56,214 nucleotides of DNA, filler included, from Lentisphaeria bacterium (GCA_041690595.1; 10 parts of 10 records of this genome joined end to end with filler, not necessarily neighbours in it), one strand, 5' to 3'; shown: positions 39,084 to 49,498, counted from the whole stretch's first letter. Translations and numbers: made by a program. The notes: generated by a model not told the origin, from the letters alone.

Positions 39084-39113
39084 TTGAAATCCAGGCCCGC
39101 CAGCGCCTACCCT
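39084..39113 (+). promoter_or_regulatory. sigma70-like promoter for a convergent small RNA
   Basis: TTGAAA-18 bp-TACCCT. Confidence 0.55.
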
Positions 39114-39119
39114 AAGGCC

Positions 39120-39184
39120 AATGGATCGGGAATGCTCGATCGACAAGGGGCCTCGGCGAACGCGTCGGGGCCTCTTGCTTTGTG
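39120..39184 (+). ncRNA. Putative DUF3800-associated small structured RNA 2
   Basis: GATCGGG-AATG-CTCGATC hairpin, then a 15-bp stem CAAGGGGCCTCGGCG-AACG-CGTCGGGGCCTCTTG and CTTTGT. Four G-U wobbles work only on the + strand. Confidence 0.75.
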
Positions 39185-39946
39185 CTACGGATAGACCTTC
39201 AGACCCCAACCATCGATGTTTCCGCCCCGGTCACGACGGAACTTCCGACTCAGTGTCTCGTAGGCTCGGTTGGCCTGTTCTGGAGCCAGCAGATGCCGGC
39301 CGATCGGACGCGCGACCATGTCGGCGAGCTGCAAGCCCGCCGAGTTCGTCAGTTTGTTCGCCAACACCAAATCCAGGCTCTCCCCCAGTCCCTCAAGTCG
39401 CGAGCGATCAAGGATCCGGCGAAATTCCAATTCCAGCGCCGCGTCCTCCTCGCGCCCACGTTGCTCGAACACCACATGCGTCGGCCGCCCGCGTTGACTT
39501 TGCGCCTGCAATTCCATGTAGACGCGCTCGAGCCCGAACTCCATGGCCACATGGTAAGGGTTCTCGCCATCGCCATGCCGATCCCTGAACCGCCGCTTGT
39601 CAATGCAGCTCGCAACCAGCGTGAATGGTGACTCTTCCATCACCCGAGAAAGATCCGTTAGAAAAGACCGCCGCACCTCGGCATTAAGCAGGATGTTGAA
39701 AGGACCCTTGGATTTCCGGATCTCTGCTTCGTGGAACACCACCATGTCGTGGCCGAAATATCGGAACTTCAGCTCCTGGAGCTTCGGGACGACTTGCTCG
39801 AGGTACATCTGTTTGTGCAGCAGGCAGAATGCCAGCACGAAGACGGGATACTCGGGATTGATATGGCGCAACCCGTGGTCGCCACTCTCGTCCACGTAGA
39901 CGATGTAATCGCTGAACTGCCTGCTTCTCTCCCCCACAGCGCCCAT
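39185..39946 (-). CDS. DUF3800 domain protein (RNase H-like fold)
   Basis: YVDESGDH, YPVFVL, H..EIRK, E.RG..ED and GLQLADMVARPIG motifs; TAATG coupling to the upstream gene. Confidence 0.9.
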   Translation of the reverse strand: MGAVGERSRQFSDYIVYVDESGDHGLRHINPEYPVFVLAFCLLHKQMYLEQVVPKLQELKFRYFGHDMVVFHEAEIRKSKGPFNILLNAEVRRSFLTDLSRVMEESPFTLVASCIDKRRFRDRHGDGENPYHVAMEFGLERVYMELQAQSQRGRPTHVVFEQRGREEDAALELEFRRILDRSRLEGLGESLDLVLANKLTNSAGLQLADMVARPIGRHLLAPEQANRAYETLSRKFRRDRGGNIDGWGLKVYP

Positions 39947-40703
39947 TACCCTCTCGCTTCCGTATCCTTGGCGGCTGCATCCACCACCTGTTCCTGCCAT
40001 TCCGCATAGGTCTGGCCCGAGCCCTCGCGCTTCCATTCGGTACGGCCGTTGGCCGCTCTACCGACAACCATGGCCGCCGCAGCGCTGGGGCTCGAGAATG
40101 CGTAGTCGCGCGAGAATCGCAGCAGACCTTTCTCGTCCTCGACCAGTACGCCTTCCTCGCACAGTTGCTGGTGCAGGCGCTCGTAGTGGTGGCCCCGCGC
40201 TGCCCACTCCCCGCGCGCGTGCGAACCCTTCAGGACGAAAAACTCGCCCTCCACCTCCTGCCCGTACGCCGTAATGGCGTGCTTGGGAAGCGTCAGGCGG
40301 AACCTTGGCGATTCCGGAATCTGAGATCCGGAACCGTCGGCCCCTACCACCGCATCCCGCGAAGGCGGGCGGCTGGCATCACGCAGGAATTCGAAGCCGA
40401 GCACGGGCAACACGGTGCGGATCTGGTCCAGGAAGAAGGCCATGTCAGCCTGGTCGGCCTCGGGCAGGCCGATGTAGTCGTTGCGGGTGCCGTTGAGCAG
40501 GGTGCAGCGGCCCACGCGCTGGGCCTGTTGGATCAGCAGACTCTCCAAAACCTTCACGTGCGCCTTGGTCAGGTTCTGGTCCTTGCTGGTGATCAGGCAG
40601 ACCTTCTCCCAGAAGTCCTTGCCGCCCTGCTCCTCGGTGCGGTTGTGCTGCTTGAGCCGCTTGCCGACATCATCCGACTCGCCGATGTACACCTGCGGGC
40701 GCA
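39946..40703 (-). CDS. GIY-YIG nuclease / DUF4357 protein, 3' part
   Basis: YIGES..V.KRL.QH, LES.LI and C-terminal FSSPSAAA.MV.GR.ANGR.EWK motifs. Confidence 0.88.
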
Positions 40704-40803
40704 NNNNNNNNNNNNNNNNNNNNNNNNNNNNNNNNNNNNNNNNNNNNTTAATTAATTAANNNNNNNNNNNNNNNNNNNNNNNNNNNNNNNNNNNNNNNNN
40801 NNN

Positions 40804-41097
40804 GACGATCGCGTTCCAGTAGCGATCCGTCTCGGCCTGGTCGACCGTCGCGACCTGAAACGAGAACGCTTCGCTGTGCTTGAACTGCGGGCCGCCGTTG
40901 AGGCCGAGGCACGGGATGCCCATCACCGTGAATTCCACGGTCAATACATCGCCTTCCTTCCCGGACGGGTAGTCGCCCGGTGCGCGGTGCACCGCGTCGA
41001 CGGACGAGTCGGGAAAGGTTTCGGCGTAAAATCGCGCGGCCGCCTCGGCGTCGCGGTCGTACCAGAGGCAAATCGTGTTCTTGGCCGGTTCAGCCAT
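40804..41097 (-). CDS. VOC/PhnB-like (3-demethylubiquinone-9 3-methyltransferase family) protein, 5' part
   Basis: NTICLWYD..AE.AARFY and LNGGP.FKHSEAFSFQ motifs. Confidence 0.9.
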
Positions 41098-41307
41098 GTC
41101 TCTTCTCCTTTCGCAGATCGTTCACGAAGGCTATGCACCAGGATTCCGAAGCGAGCTTCCCGCGCCGCGCCAGCTCCGCGTCGCGGCGTCTCCGGGGCCG
41201 GTCTTTCACCGCCCTGTACCGGTTAAACGAACGGCACTCCGTGATTTCGACGCGGGGGATCAAAAGTTTCGACGGCCGGCCGCCGATCGCGACGACCGCC
41301 GCAGGCC

Positions 41308-41424
41308 CGGCGGTGGCAACTATCAGACTCTGATCAATGACGGGAGCACATCACCAATGGCGACAAAGCTTTTGAGGAACGTCTTAGAAGGATTATCCGT
41401 GAAGAACTCCGGAATGCCCGCTGA
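41308..41424 (+). pseudogene. BrnA-type antitoxin C-terminal remnant
   Basis: GGGNYQTLIND, a frameshift, then EHI...EERLRRIIREEL, ending just before the attC. Confidence 0.6.
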
Positions 41425-41654
41425 GTGTTGACGCCTAACAAGGTCGGTTCAGGCGGACGCCACCGGAATTATGTAGCAAACGCACAAGGGCTGAGGCAGC
41501 ACGAATAACCTGTGTATAACTACAGTAGTAACGAATCGTTACGCCTCTCCCACCGCTCATAGCCCTCCCTCGTCTTTTCCTCTCGTTCTCTCTTGTATTC
41601 CTCTCAACCCGCAATTAACATGCTGCCTGCGTACCTTAGTATGGACTAAAGCGC

Positions 41655-42119
41655 ATGAGCATTACTCTCGAAGAGTTGAAGCGAAAGCGCGACGAAAAGG
41701 CCGAAGAACTGCGCGAGTTGGAGTCTGCCATCAAAGTGCTGGAACGGTACGGAAATGGCGAATCGACCGCAGGCACCGTGACCGAAATCTCTGAGTCCGG
41801 CGTAATCAACCTGGACGAGATCGAGTTGCCCGAGAGATCGGCCGTCCCCAAGCAGACGTTGGCGGATGATGTGCGGAGCACCATCGAGCGATTCGGCAAG
41901 CAGGATTTCACGGTCAACCATGTCGTTGCTGTCCTGCGCAAGCTGGGAAAGAAGGGCTCGGAGTCGAAGCACTTTCGGAACCGCGTCTATCAGGCGGTTA
42001 AGCAGTTGGCCGAGGAGCGCGTGATCGAACTGGCGCACAAGGGCGTCGGTAGCGATCCTCACCAGTATCGTCGCGTTCAGTCGGTGAGCCTCGTTAGGAG
42101 CGGGGCTCATGAGGATTAG
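41655..42119 (+). CDS. Hypothetical coiled-coil plus putative winged-helix protein
   Basis: N-terminal heptad pattern and a C-terminal wHTH-like pattern. Confidence 0.7.
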   Translation: MSITLEELKRKRDEKAEELRELESAIKVLERYGNGESTAGTVTEISESGVINLDEIELPERSAVPKQTLADDVRSTIERFGKQDFTVNHVVAVLRKLGKKGSESKHFRNRVYQAVKQLAEERVIELAHKGVGSDPHQYRRVQSVSLVRSGAHED

Positions 42120-42359
42120 GAATCTGGATAGTGCGCTTTCGCACTTCTAGAAAGGGCGAAGGCCCCGGCGGGCGGCCACCCGCGCAGGGCCTTCTTATCG
42201 CAACCGCGTCACTTGACGCCAGATACGGAGAGCACAATGGCTAGGGCTTCCGAGGGTCCGGCGCTCCCGATCCGAATGTATCTCATTGATTTGAGGCTGC
42301 ATTTCGGCTCGAACGCGCCAGGCCCAATAGCGTAAAGCGCACGACAAGCGCGTCGGATT

Positions 42360-42564
42360 CTATTCGTTCCGGCGCGCCTTGTCACGCTCACGCTTGTACA
42401 CCTTCATGATTGCAACCCCATCGTCATACCTGGGCTGCTTTCTGTCGCCCGTGCGTAGCTTGCTAAGTTTGCTACGCTCGATCCCTGTTTGCTCAGAAAG
42501 CTTGTAGTCATTCACCCCCCCATCCCCTCAGCTCAGAGAGGATGCGGGAGACGTCTATTGGCAC
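42360..42564 (-). pseudogene. Small Cro/XRE-like HTH gene with a +1 frameshift in a G7 run
   Basis: VPIDVSRILSELRGW|VNDYKLSEQTGIERSKLSKLRTG; GTG overlaps the upstream TAG. May be a homopolymer sequencing error. Confidence 0.6.
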
Positions 42565-42761
42565 TAGCCGATCGGCGTAGCCTTCACGCGCCGCTTGGGC
42601 CGGATCGTCCGTAGCTCGAAATTCGGATAAAGTACGTTGATCGCGCCGTCGAGGGTGGACACGTCCTGTTCCAGAGCTACCAACTCCCGGCGCAGTTCAT
42701 CTATCCTGCTAGCCAGGTCCCGACGCTTGGTGACAAGACCGTGGATGGCGTGAGTCGACAT
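42564..42761 (-). CDS. Small coiled-coil protein typical of IS1595-associated cassettes
   Basis: GLVTKRRDLA..I........D...LDGAI....P......IRPKR pattern. Confidence 0.65.
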   Translation of the reverse strand: MSTHAIHGLVTKRRDLASRIDELRRELVALEQDVSTLDGAINVLYPNFELRTIRPKRRVKATPIG

Positions 42762-43022
42762 GGCCGGATACCCGCAAAAGCCGGGGATTTTACGGCGTCA
42801 GGCGCGGGCGATCTTTGTGCGTTTGCTACATAACTCCGGATGCAACAAAGTGTCACGCAAATTGCTTCCGCAATTCGATCGCCAGGTTGCGGCGCCGCTG
42901 ACCTCTCACGTCAGGAGCGCGAGTGCATGCCACAGCTGCCGAACAGAAGAAGTTCATTAGGATCTATTGAGGGTAGAACCTTTCTGGCGGATGTTAGCCG
43001 TGAATCAGAAGAACCGTAGCAA

Positions 43023-43571
43023 ATGGAATCGATGTTTGGCGTGCTAATACGCCTCCTCAGTCATGTCGTTCCTTTCGGACTCCGTTGGTACTACACGACT
43101 CAACGGCTTTCGAAACTGATGCGCGTAACCGTAAGTAGCGAGAACGAAGGATTAGTCGTAAATTGCTCGGACATACCGGAGGCCCATGTATGGCTGGAGA
43201 TCACCAACCATTCTCCGTTTTCAATCGAGGTGCATGCGATATCGGCGAATCTCCTGTGGGGTGGCAGGGTTGGTCGCTTTCTATCTGTTGCTACTATCAC
43301 GATCAAACCGCATTCGACGGAACGAGCATTCATTGAAACGACTCTCACCGCAGAGCAGGCTCGGAAGGCTTGCGCCATCTCATCCAAGGACAGTCCACGT
43401 TTGAATATCCACTTGGAAGCAAGCTGCCGTCTTCGGCGCTTCGCGCTGACCGAGCAGGAAATCAAGACGAAGAACTACGACTTGCGGGGATGTTCGCACG
43501 TGAAGGATTATCTCGCTGGGTCTCTAGCCGATCATGCCGACGCATCAACAGATGCCGCATCAACGCGATGA
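43023..43571 (+). CDS. Hypothetical cassette-like protein
   Basis: Lower GC; GTTAGCC core-site-like motif at 42993 upstream. Confidence 0.6.
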   Translation: MESMFGVLIRLLSHVVPFGLRWYYTTQRLSKLMRVTVSSENEGLVVNCSDIPEAHVWLEITNHSPFSIEVHAISANLLWGGRVGRFLSVATITIKPHSTERAFIETTLTAEQARKACAISSKDSPRLNIHLEASCRLRRFALTEQEIKTKNYDLRGCSHVKDYLAGSLADHADASTDAASTR

Positions 43572-43650
43572 GTCTCTGGTTCGATCGCTACCTACCCGTG
43601 GGGTTGGCCGGTGGATGGGCTGACCGAATTGCACGCTCTATAATTCCCCC

Positions 43651-44070
43651 ATGCTCACCTCTCCACCAACCACGATCCGAGTCGTGGGTGCCGCCATCAT
43701 CCATAAAGACCGTTGCCTCATCGCCCAGCGCAGCGCCAGCATGGCGCTGCCCGGCAAGTGGGAGTTTCCCGGCGGGAAAGTCGAAGAGGCAGAGACGCCC
43801 GAGCACGCGCTGGCCCGGGAGATCGAAGAAGAACTGGGTATTCGAATCAAGGTGGGCCAGTGGCTTGGACAAGGCTCGAGCGCCGATGCGTCGCGAGTCA
43901 TCACGCTCGAGGTGTACGCCGCGAGATGGATTAGCGGCACGCCTGCGCCGCGTGAGCACGCGTGCCTGCGCTGGGTACAAGCGCATGAGTTCACCCACTT
44001 CGACTGGGCGGAGGCCGACGTCCCCGTGCTTCCGGCGGTCGAAGCGCTCCTCAAGAACGAGTTACGCTAG
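43651..44070 (+). CDS. NUDIX hydrolase (MutT/NudG-like)
   Basis: WEFPGGKVE..ETPE.AL.REI.EELG Nudix box and WAEAD.P. Confidence 0.93.
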   Translation: MLTSPPTTIRVVGAAIIHKDRCLIAQRSASMALPGKWEFPGGKVEEAETPEHALAREIEEELGIRIKVGQWLGQGSSADASRVITLEVYAARWISGTPAPREHACLRWVQAHEFTHFDWAEADVPVLPAVEALLKNELR

Positions 44071-45580
44071 ACCGACCAGACGCGCCACAGCGGCTCTGGC
44101 AGCGGGTTCTCCAGGCCGAACCAGATTCGGATGGGCTGAGAGCCGCTATGGCGCCGGTAGCGCAATCGCCCGCAGTAAGTGAAGGGTTCGCCTTTCTCGA
44201 GGCCGTATCGGCAAAACAGGTGGATGATCTGGCCGCTGGATGGCTGTTCTAGAATCCTTCGCGCCTTCTTGTCAGTCGGCCTGGTATTGGCCTGCGACTC
44301 CCACTGAAACTCACGCGGCGAGATGAACTTGTCCGCGTACCGCTGCTCGAGAGGAACTTCAGGCCCCTTCCGAAGGGTCACGAAAAGAATTGTGTGCCCC
44401 TGCTCGCCTAACTCGACATCTTTGTGCCCGACCTGCCAGGAACGGTTGTTGGGCATGCCGAACAGGCTGGTCACTGCCTCTCGGTCGTAACTCGCCCACA
44501 GTGCGGGCGTCGCCGCTGGTTCAACGACCCGCAAGGGTCGCGCAATGGCATGCAGCCGGACTCCGTTTGGAATCGGTTCGTCCTCGTAGCCTGGATTGGT
44601 ACTGTGGAGGCACCACTGCCCCTCACGCCGCACCGGGATCTTGAGCGCAGCGAGCCGAAGGTCTTGTCCCTGAACGCCGGAGACCAGACACATCGTATTC
44701 TCGACCTGGTCGATAGAGGTGGCATCCATCCATTCGCACAACACGAGCTCGCCGTCGTCGACCGGAAACGCGCCATGGAACTCCGTGCCAGCCCCCGACA
44801 TGGAGTCGCCAGTTGCTCTCACCAGGAAGTGCCGGCCTGGATCGACTCCATCGTCCATCTTCACCGGAATGCGAATCTGCTGCTCGGGATTGGGTTCGGA
44901 AAACTCCAGCGCACCGCACGCCACCTTGTAGTCCGGATAGTAGGTAAGCTCTGGAAAAGGAATGACGTTGGAGTCCGTCGACGAGGACCCAGGCTCTGCT
45001 TCCCGCGTCAGCACCCAGTGGCCCTCGTGCTGGCCGAGCGAGACGTAATGGTTGGAACCCGGCAGCCCCGCGTTCGGGCCGAACCAGCGCCGCATGAGTG
45101 AGGGCAGCTCATTTGCACCGCCCGGTTCTCGGTAGGCCACGTTGATGGCGATCGTCTGCACTCTCAGCAGGTAGCGCTCCCCCTCGAACAGCACCGGCAG
45201 CTCCGTTCCCGCAGGCGGCATCCCGGACACCCGCGCCCGGTCGAATCGCAGGATCGGATTGCCGTTAGAATGCGAGACGCGTAGTCGCATGGGCGTGGCC
45301 AGGGCCGCCGCGGAGCCGCGCAGCCGGTCGCGGTACTCGGCGAGACGGAGCTCAACCAACTCGGCGGTCATGTCCTCGAACACCGCCGCGTGCTCGGCAG
45401 CCACCTGACCAAGAAACGCGAACTCATCATCTTCGAAACTGAACCATTGCCGGGACACAGATCTACCCTCCGACCACACCCTGAGCGGTTGCTCACGCCA
45501 GGTCCGCAGGAGCGCCGCATCCGGATCCGGGGCCGCGTTCACCTGATCCAGATCACGCTTGAGCAGCGGATCGTCCGTCA
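44067..45580 (-). CDS. 3' part of a DUF3427-containing protein with an S24 peptidase-like domain
   Basis: GDSM...K...S.NP.Y (S24); LFVTL.K, Y.D.F.S..EFQWESQ and F.YCG (DUF3427). Confidence 0.8.
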
Positions 45581-45680
45581 NNNNNNNNNNNNNNNNNNNN
45601 NNNNNNNNNNNNNNNNNNNNNNNNTTAATTAATTAANNNNNNNNNNNNNNNNNNNNNNNNNNNNNNNNNNNNNNNNNNNN

Positions 45681-45800
45681 CACCCTCGGGTTGCTCCGGG
45701 GCGATCCAGATTGCCGTCGAGCCGTCCGCATCTGCCACAGCCGCCGGCGAAGGGTAGCTCTGGCTGCCGGCGCGCGGATTCCTCTGCGGTCGTCGCAATA
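45681..45800 (-). pseudogene. DUF1214-like fragment
   Basis: PRAGSQSYPSPAAVADADGSTAI...PEQPEG with no matching upstream frame. Confidence 0.5.
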
Positions 45801-46290
45801 CCTTGACGAAGGGGGTTGCAATGAACGATCGAAAACGGCGTTCCCATCGATCTGGGCGAGCACTATTGAGGTCACCAGGTCGGCCGCCTGTGGCGGGGCG
45901 CAAAGCCGAATGCGGAAAGTGAAAGGTCACATAGAGCTGGTCGGTGTTTCCGACGCTCACCTTTGTTCCCATGCCCGCCCCGAAACCGCCGACGTGCCGA
46001 TACCGCGATGCCAAGGCTCGGAACTGTATTGTCGGTTGACGCAGCCGCGTCTTTGTCCTGATCAAGCACCGCGGCGTGGCTGTCTGGAAGAATGCTGGTG
46101 ATGGTCTCGACCACCGTGCTCCAGTGCGCGGGATCAAATGCCGCACGCTCGATTGCGTTCCTCGTTTCTTCTTCAAAGGCGTCGCACCACTTTTGAAATA
46201 GTCACAGCCTACCCGCTTTTTCGCGCCCTTAATGCCTACGTGGGAGCACGCTGCCTGGAGGGAGCAGTTGTACTCCTCCCTCCACATACG

Positions 46291-47940
46291 TCATGCAGCC
46301 GCCGGTATCTTGCCGCGCGGCTCGCTCATCAGGCCTCGCATCAGCGCGTAGCAGCCAAGTAATAGGACGATGGTGAAGGGGAAGCCGGTCGAAACCGCCG
46401 CCGCCTGAAGTGCAGCAAGGCCGCCACCCAGCAAAAGCGCAATCGCCACCAGCCCCTCGAAGACCGCCCAGAATATGCGCTGAGCGACAGGTGCATCGAC
46501 CTTGCCACCAGCCGTGATCGTGTCGATCACCAGCGAGCCGGAATCCGACGAGGTGCAGAAGAAGACAATTACCAGAACGATGCCAACAAGCGAAGTGACC
46601 GTGGTCAGCGGCAGATGAGACAATGTCGCGAACAGCTTGAGTTCCAGCGTTGCATCCGTGATATCGGAAAAACCTTCGCCAACCAGGCTGATTGCCGTGC
46701 CGCCGAAGCTGGTCATCCAGAGTACGGAGACGAGCGATGGAACCAGCAACACGGCGATCATGAACTCACGTACCGTGCGGCCGCGGCTTACACGTGCGAT
46801 GAACATGCCGACAAAAGGTGACCATGAGATCCACCACGCCCAGTAAAAGGCGGTCCACCCCTGCCGGAAATTGTCATCCTCGCGCCCGAATGGATTCGAG
46901 AGCGCGGGCAGATGTTCGACATAGGCGCCCAGATTGAGGAAGAAGCTCTTGACGATCGTTAGCGTCGGTCCGGCAAAAATGACAAAAAGCAGCAGGAGCG
47001 CTGCCAGCACCATATTGATCTCGGAGAGCCGGCGAACGCCTGCATCGAGCCCGGCAATGACCGAGAGCGTCGCAACTGCCGTGATACCGATGATCAGCAG
47101 CACTCTCGATGTGTCCGTATCCGGCATATCGAACAGGAAGGACAGCCCGGCATTCGCCTGCTGCGCGCCGAGTCCGAGCGAAGTCGCTAGCCCGAAGAGC
47201 GTTGCAAAGACGGCGAGCGTGTCGATGACGTGTCCCGGCCAACCCCAGATGCGCTCCCCGAAGATAGGGTAGAAGATCGACCGCATGGTCAGCGGCAGGC
47301 CCTTATTGTAAGCAAAAAGCGCCAACCCCAACGCGACAACGCCATAGATCGCCCAAGGGTGCAAACCCCAGTGAAAGATCGTCGCTGCCATCGCCAGCCG
47401 TCGCGCATCCTCCGGTGCACCCATGGCGCCCCCGAGCGGTGCCCAGTCGGTGCGTACACCGCCCTCCGTGATTACACCACCGACCGCAGCATCGTAATGC
47501 CCGATCGGCTCAGCCACGCCGTAGAACATCAGGCCGATACCCATGCCGGCGGCGAACAGCATCGAGAACCAGGCGGAATAGCTGAAATCGGGCGCCGCGT
47601 CGCGCCCGCCGATCCGGATCGAGCCCCATGGCAGCACGATCAGCGCCAGGCATACCAACACAAATATGTTGCCGGAGACCAGGAAGAACCAGTCAAGATT
47701 GCCAGTCAACCAATCCCGAAGGGTTGTGAAAAAAGCATCTGCCTCATTCTGGAGCGCCAACGTAACGATGACGAAGGCAACGATCACCAGTCCCGATATG
47801 GCAAAGACGGGGTTGTGAACATCGAAGGACAGTGGGCCAAGCTTTCGCTTGACGTTGTCCTGGCCAATCTCGTAATCGGTTTCGATGATATTTGTAGGTC
47901 CTTCAGGATCGGGAATTCCGCTCGCTTGCGGTTCACTCAT
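46291..47940 (-). CDS. BCCT-family (betaine/choline/carnitine) transporter
   Basis: SMLFAAGMGIG, HWGLHPW, WTAFYWAWWISWSPFVGMFIAR and TSSDSG motifs. Confidence 0.96.
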   Translation of the reverse strand: MSEPQASGIPDPEGPTNIIETDYEIGQDNVKRKLGPLSFDVHNPVFAISGLVIVAFVIVTLALQNEADAFFTTLRDWLTGNLDWFFLVSGNIFVLVCLALIVLPWGSIRIGGRDAAPDFSYSAWFSMLFAAGMGIGLMFYGVAEPIGHYDAAVGGVITEGGVRTDWAPLGGAMGAPEDARRLAMAATIFHWGLHPWAIYGVVALGLALFAYNKGLPLTMRSIFYPIFGERIWGWPGHVIDTLAVFATLFGLATSLGLGAQQANAGLSFLFDMPDTDTSRVLLIIGITAVATLSVIAGLDAGVRRLSEINMVLAALLLLFVIFAGPTLTIVKSFFLNLGAYVEHLPALSNPFGREDDNFRQGWTAFYWAWWISWSPFVGMFIARVSRGRTVREFMIAVLLVPSLVSVLWMTSFGGTAISLVGEGFSDITDATLELKLFATLSHLPLTTVTSLVGIVLVIVFFCTSSDSGSLVIDTITAGGKVDAPVAQRIFWAVFEGLVAIALLLGGGLAALQAAAVSTGFPFTIVLLLGCYALMRGLMSEPRGKIPAAA

Positions 47941-48361
47941 AGCTCTGTCCCCTGAACTGCGATCTGTTGCATGGCGATTCACCTGGTCAGCGTAACATGA
48001 ACGAGATGAAATCGACATGCGTTGCCAGGATTGCGCTTCCTCCCTACCCTGATTATCAGCAGCCGGCGAGGCGCGGAGATCACGCGCTCGGCAACTGCCC
48101 TGCCAGCGTCAATTCATTCTTAACCGCAGCAATCTGATCCATTTGAAGATTCCTGCCGGGGATGCCAGTCACCAAGACGGTCCATAGCAATGTAGTGTTC
48201 CCAAACTTGAATTGCTGCTGCGCTATCGACCAGTCCCTCGTAACTTCCCCCGCCCGAAAAGCGCTCTAACAGCGCTCTCATGTGCACCGCTTTAGACCTT
48301 CGCGCCGCCGCGCGCTACCGCTGGGCAACTACACGCGTGCACAGCATACCTGGAGGACAGA

Positions 48362-48976
48362 ATGAACAGCCCGCCTAGGGTCACTCGTCATTGGCTCCCG
48401 CCAAAGCTGCTTCACATGGTCCTAATGGCGCTCCTGCTCGCCCTCGCTTCGCATTTCTCAGCAGCAAAGGCCATCGACCTTCCTTCCGAGCTATCGATTC
48501 TACGGCAGGCAATTCTTGATCGCCTGCTTGCCATGCCGGATGTCGCAGCTCACAAGTGGACCACTGGCAAGCCAGTCGAGGACCGGGCGCAGGAAATCGC
48601 AGTAATCGATGCGGCCATCCGAGCCGGCGCTGTCGTCGGTCTGCCTGCCGAAACGGTCAAACGTGCCATTTCGGCTCAGATCGAGGCCTCCAAGCTCATT
48701 CAGCAGGATTTGATTTCGCAGTGGCAAGCGCGCTCGGCGCCTCGCACCGATGATATTCCGGACCTGAACTCCACATTGCGCCCACGAATCGCGCGCGCTA
48801 CCACGACCTTGATCGAGGGACTGGCAGCCGCCGGGCCGCATCTGCGCAACTGCAACACCGCAGCTGCCATGCGAGCCCAACCGGAGGCCATTGTCGCTTT
48901 CCCTCGCGCTTGGGACAAGGCCGTTGATGGCGTTATTGCTGCGGTAGGCGGGCCTGACCGATCCGTGTGCCGATAG
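48362..48976 (+). CDS. Secreted chorismate mutase (AroQ gamma class)
   Basis: Signal peptide, RL..MPDVA.HKW...PVED..QE, QIEASK.IQ and DL...RP.I motifs. Confidence 0.85.
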   Translation: MNSPPRVTRHWLPPKLLHMVLMALLLALASHFSAAKAIDLPSELSILRQAILDRLLAMPDVAAHKWTTGKPVEDRAQEIAVIDAAIRAGAVVGLPAETVKRAISAQIEASKLIQQDLISQWQARSAPRTDDIPDLNSTLRPRIARATTTLIEGLAAAGPHLRNCNTAAAMRAQPEAIVAFPRAWDKAVDGVIAAVGGPDRSVCR

Positions 48977-49498
48977 TTCAGGTGATGTGAACGATATGAT
49001 AAACGCGGTTTCCTCCCACCGAACTATAATCAGAAGCCTTCCTCCCCAATGAGGCCGAAGTGCGGGCGATAGTCTGGCGCGACGACGAAGTGAGCCGACT
49101 GAATCCGTTTGTATACGGATCGCGGGGAGAGACGTGATCCGGCCACGATGGAACGGATGGACCGGATCGGTAAAGGTGCGCGGCTGCGATTCTCGCCGCC
49201 TGCGCCCTTCACCAGATCCGTAAATCGTCAGCCAATATCCACGAGCAGCTTCGCGCTCGATACGACCGCACCATCCGCAGTCATCAGACCGAGCATCAGA
49301 GGGCGCCGGGACGGCAGCGCATACGAGATGAAGCTTCACCGATGCCCGACCATCAATCAGAGCTTCCCCAGGCCTGGTTTAAGACCAGGCTACTGATCTT
49401 GTCGCCACGCAAGCGCCGTTTCATGCGACCGTTTGAACTCGACGGGTTCAAAATCGGAATGTTCCGACTACATATCGCGCTGGCCGATGCGATGCGCC

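Larger units (their letters stand above)
41464..42838. mobile_element. Non-autonomous IS1595-type (ISNha5-like ends) cassette with passenger genes
   Basis: Terminal IRs CGGA(A/G)TTATGTAGCAAACGCACAA, flanks GACGCCAC/GATGCAAC (6/8), no transposase inside. Confidence 0.75.
41433..42916 (+). other. attC site split by an insertion (halves 41433-41463 and 42839-42916)
   Basis: GCCTAACAAGG...CAGGCGGACGCC | ...TGTCACGC...GTTGCGGCGCCGCTGACC...GTCAGGA. Confidence 0.7.

Noticed and set aside
42159..42194. GC-rich hairpin GAAGGCCC...GGGCCTTC as an ncRNA
   Set aside because: It lies between convergent genes and is most simply a terminator; no promoter was seen.
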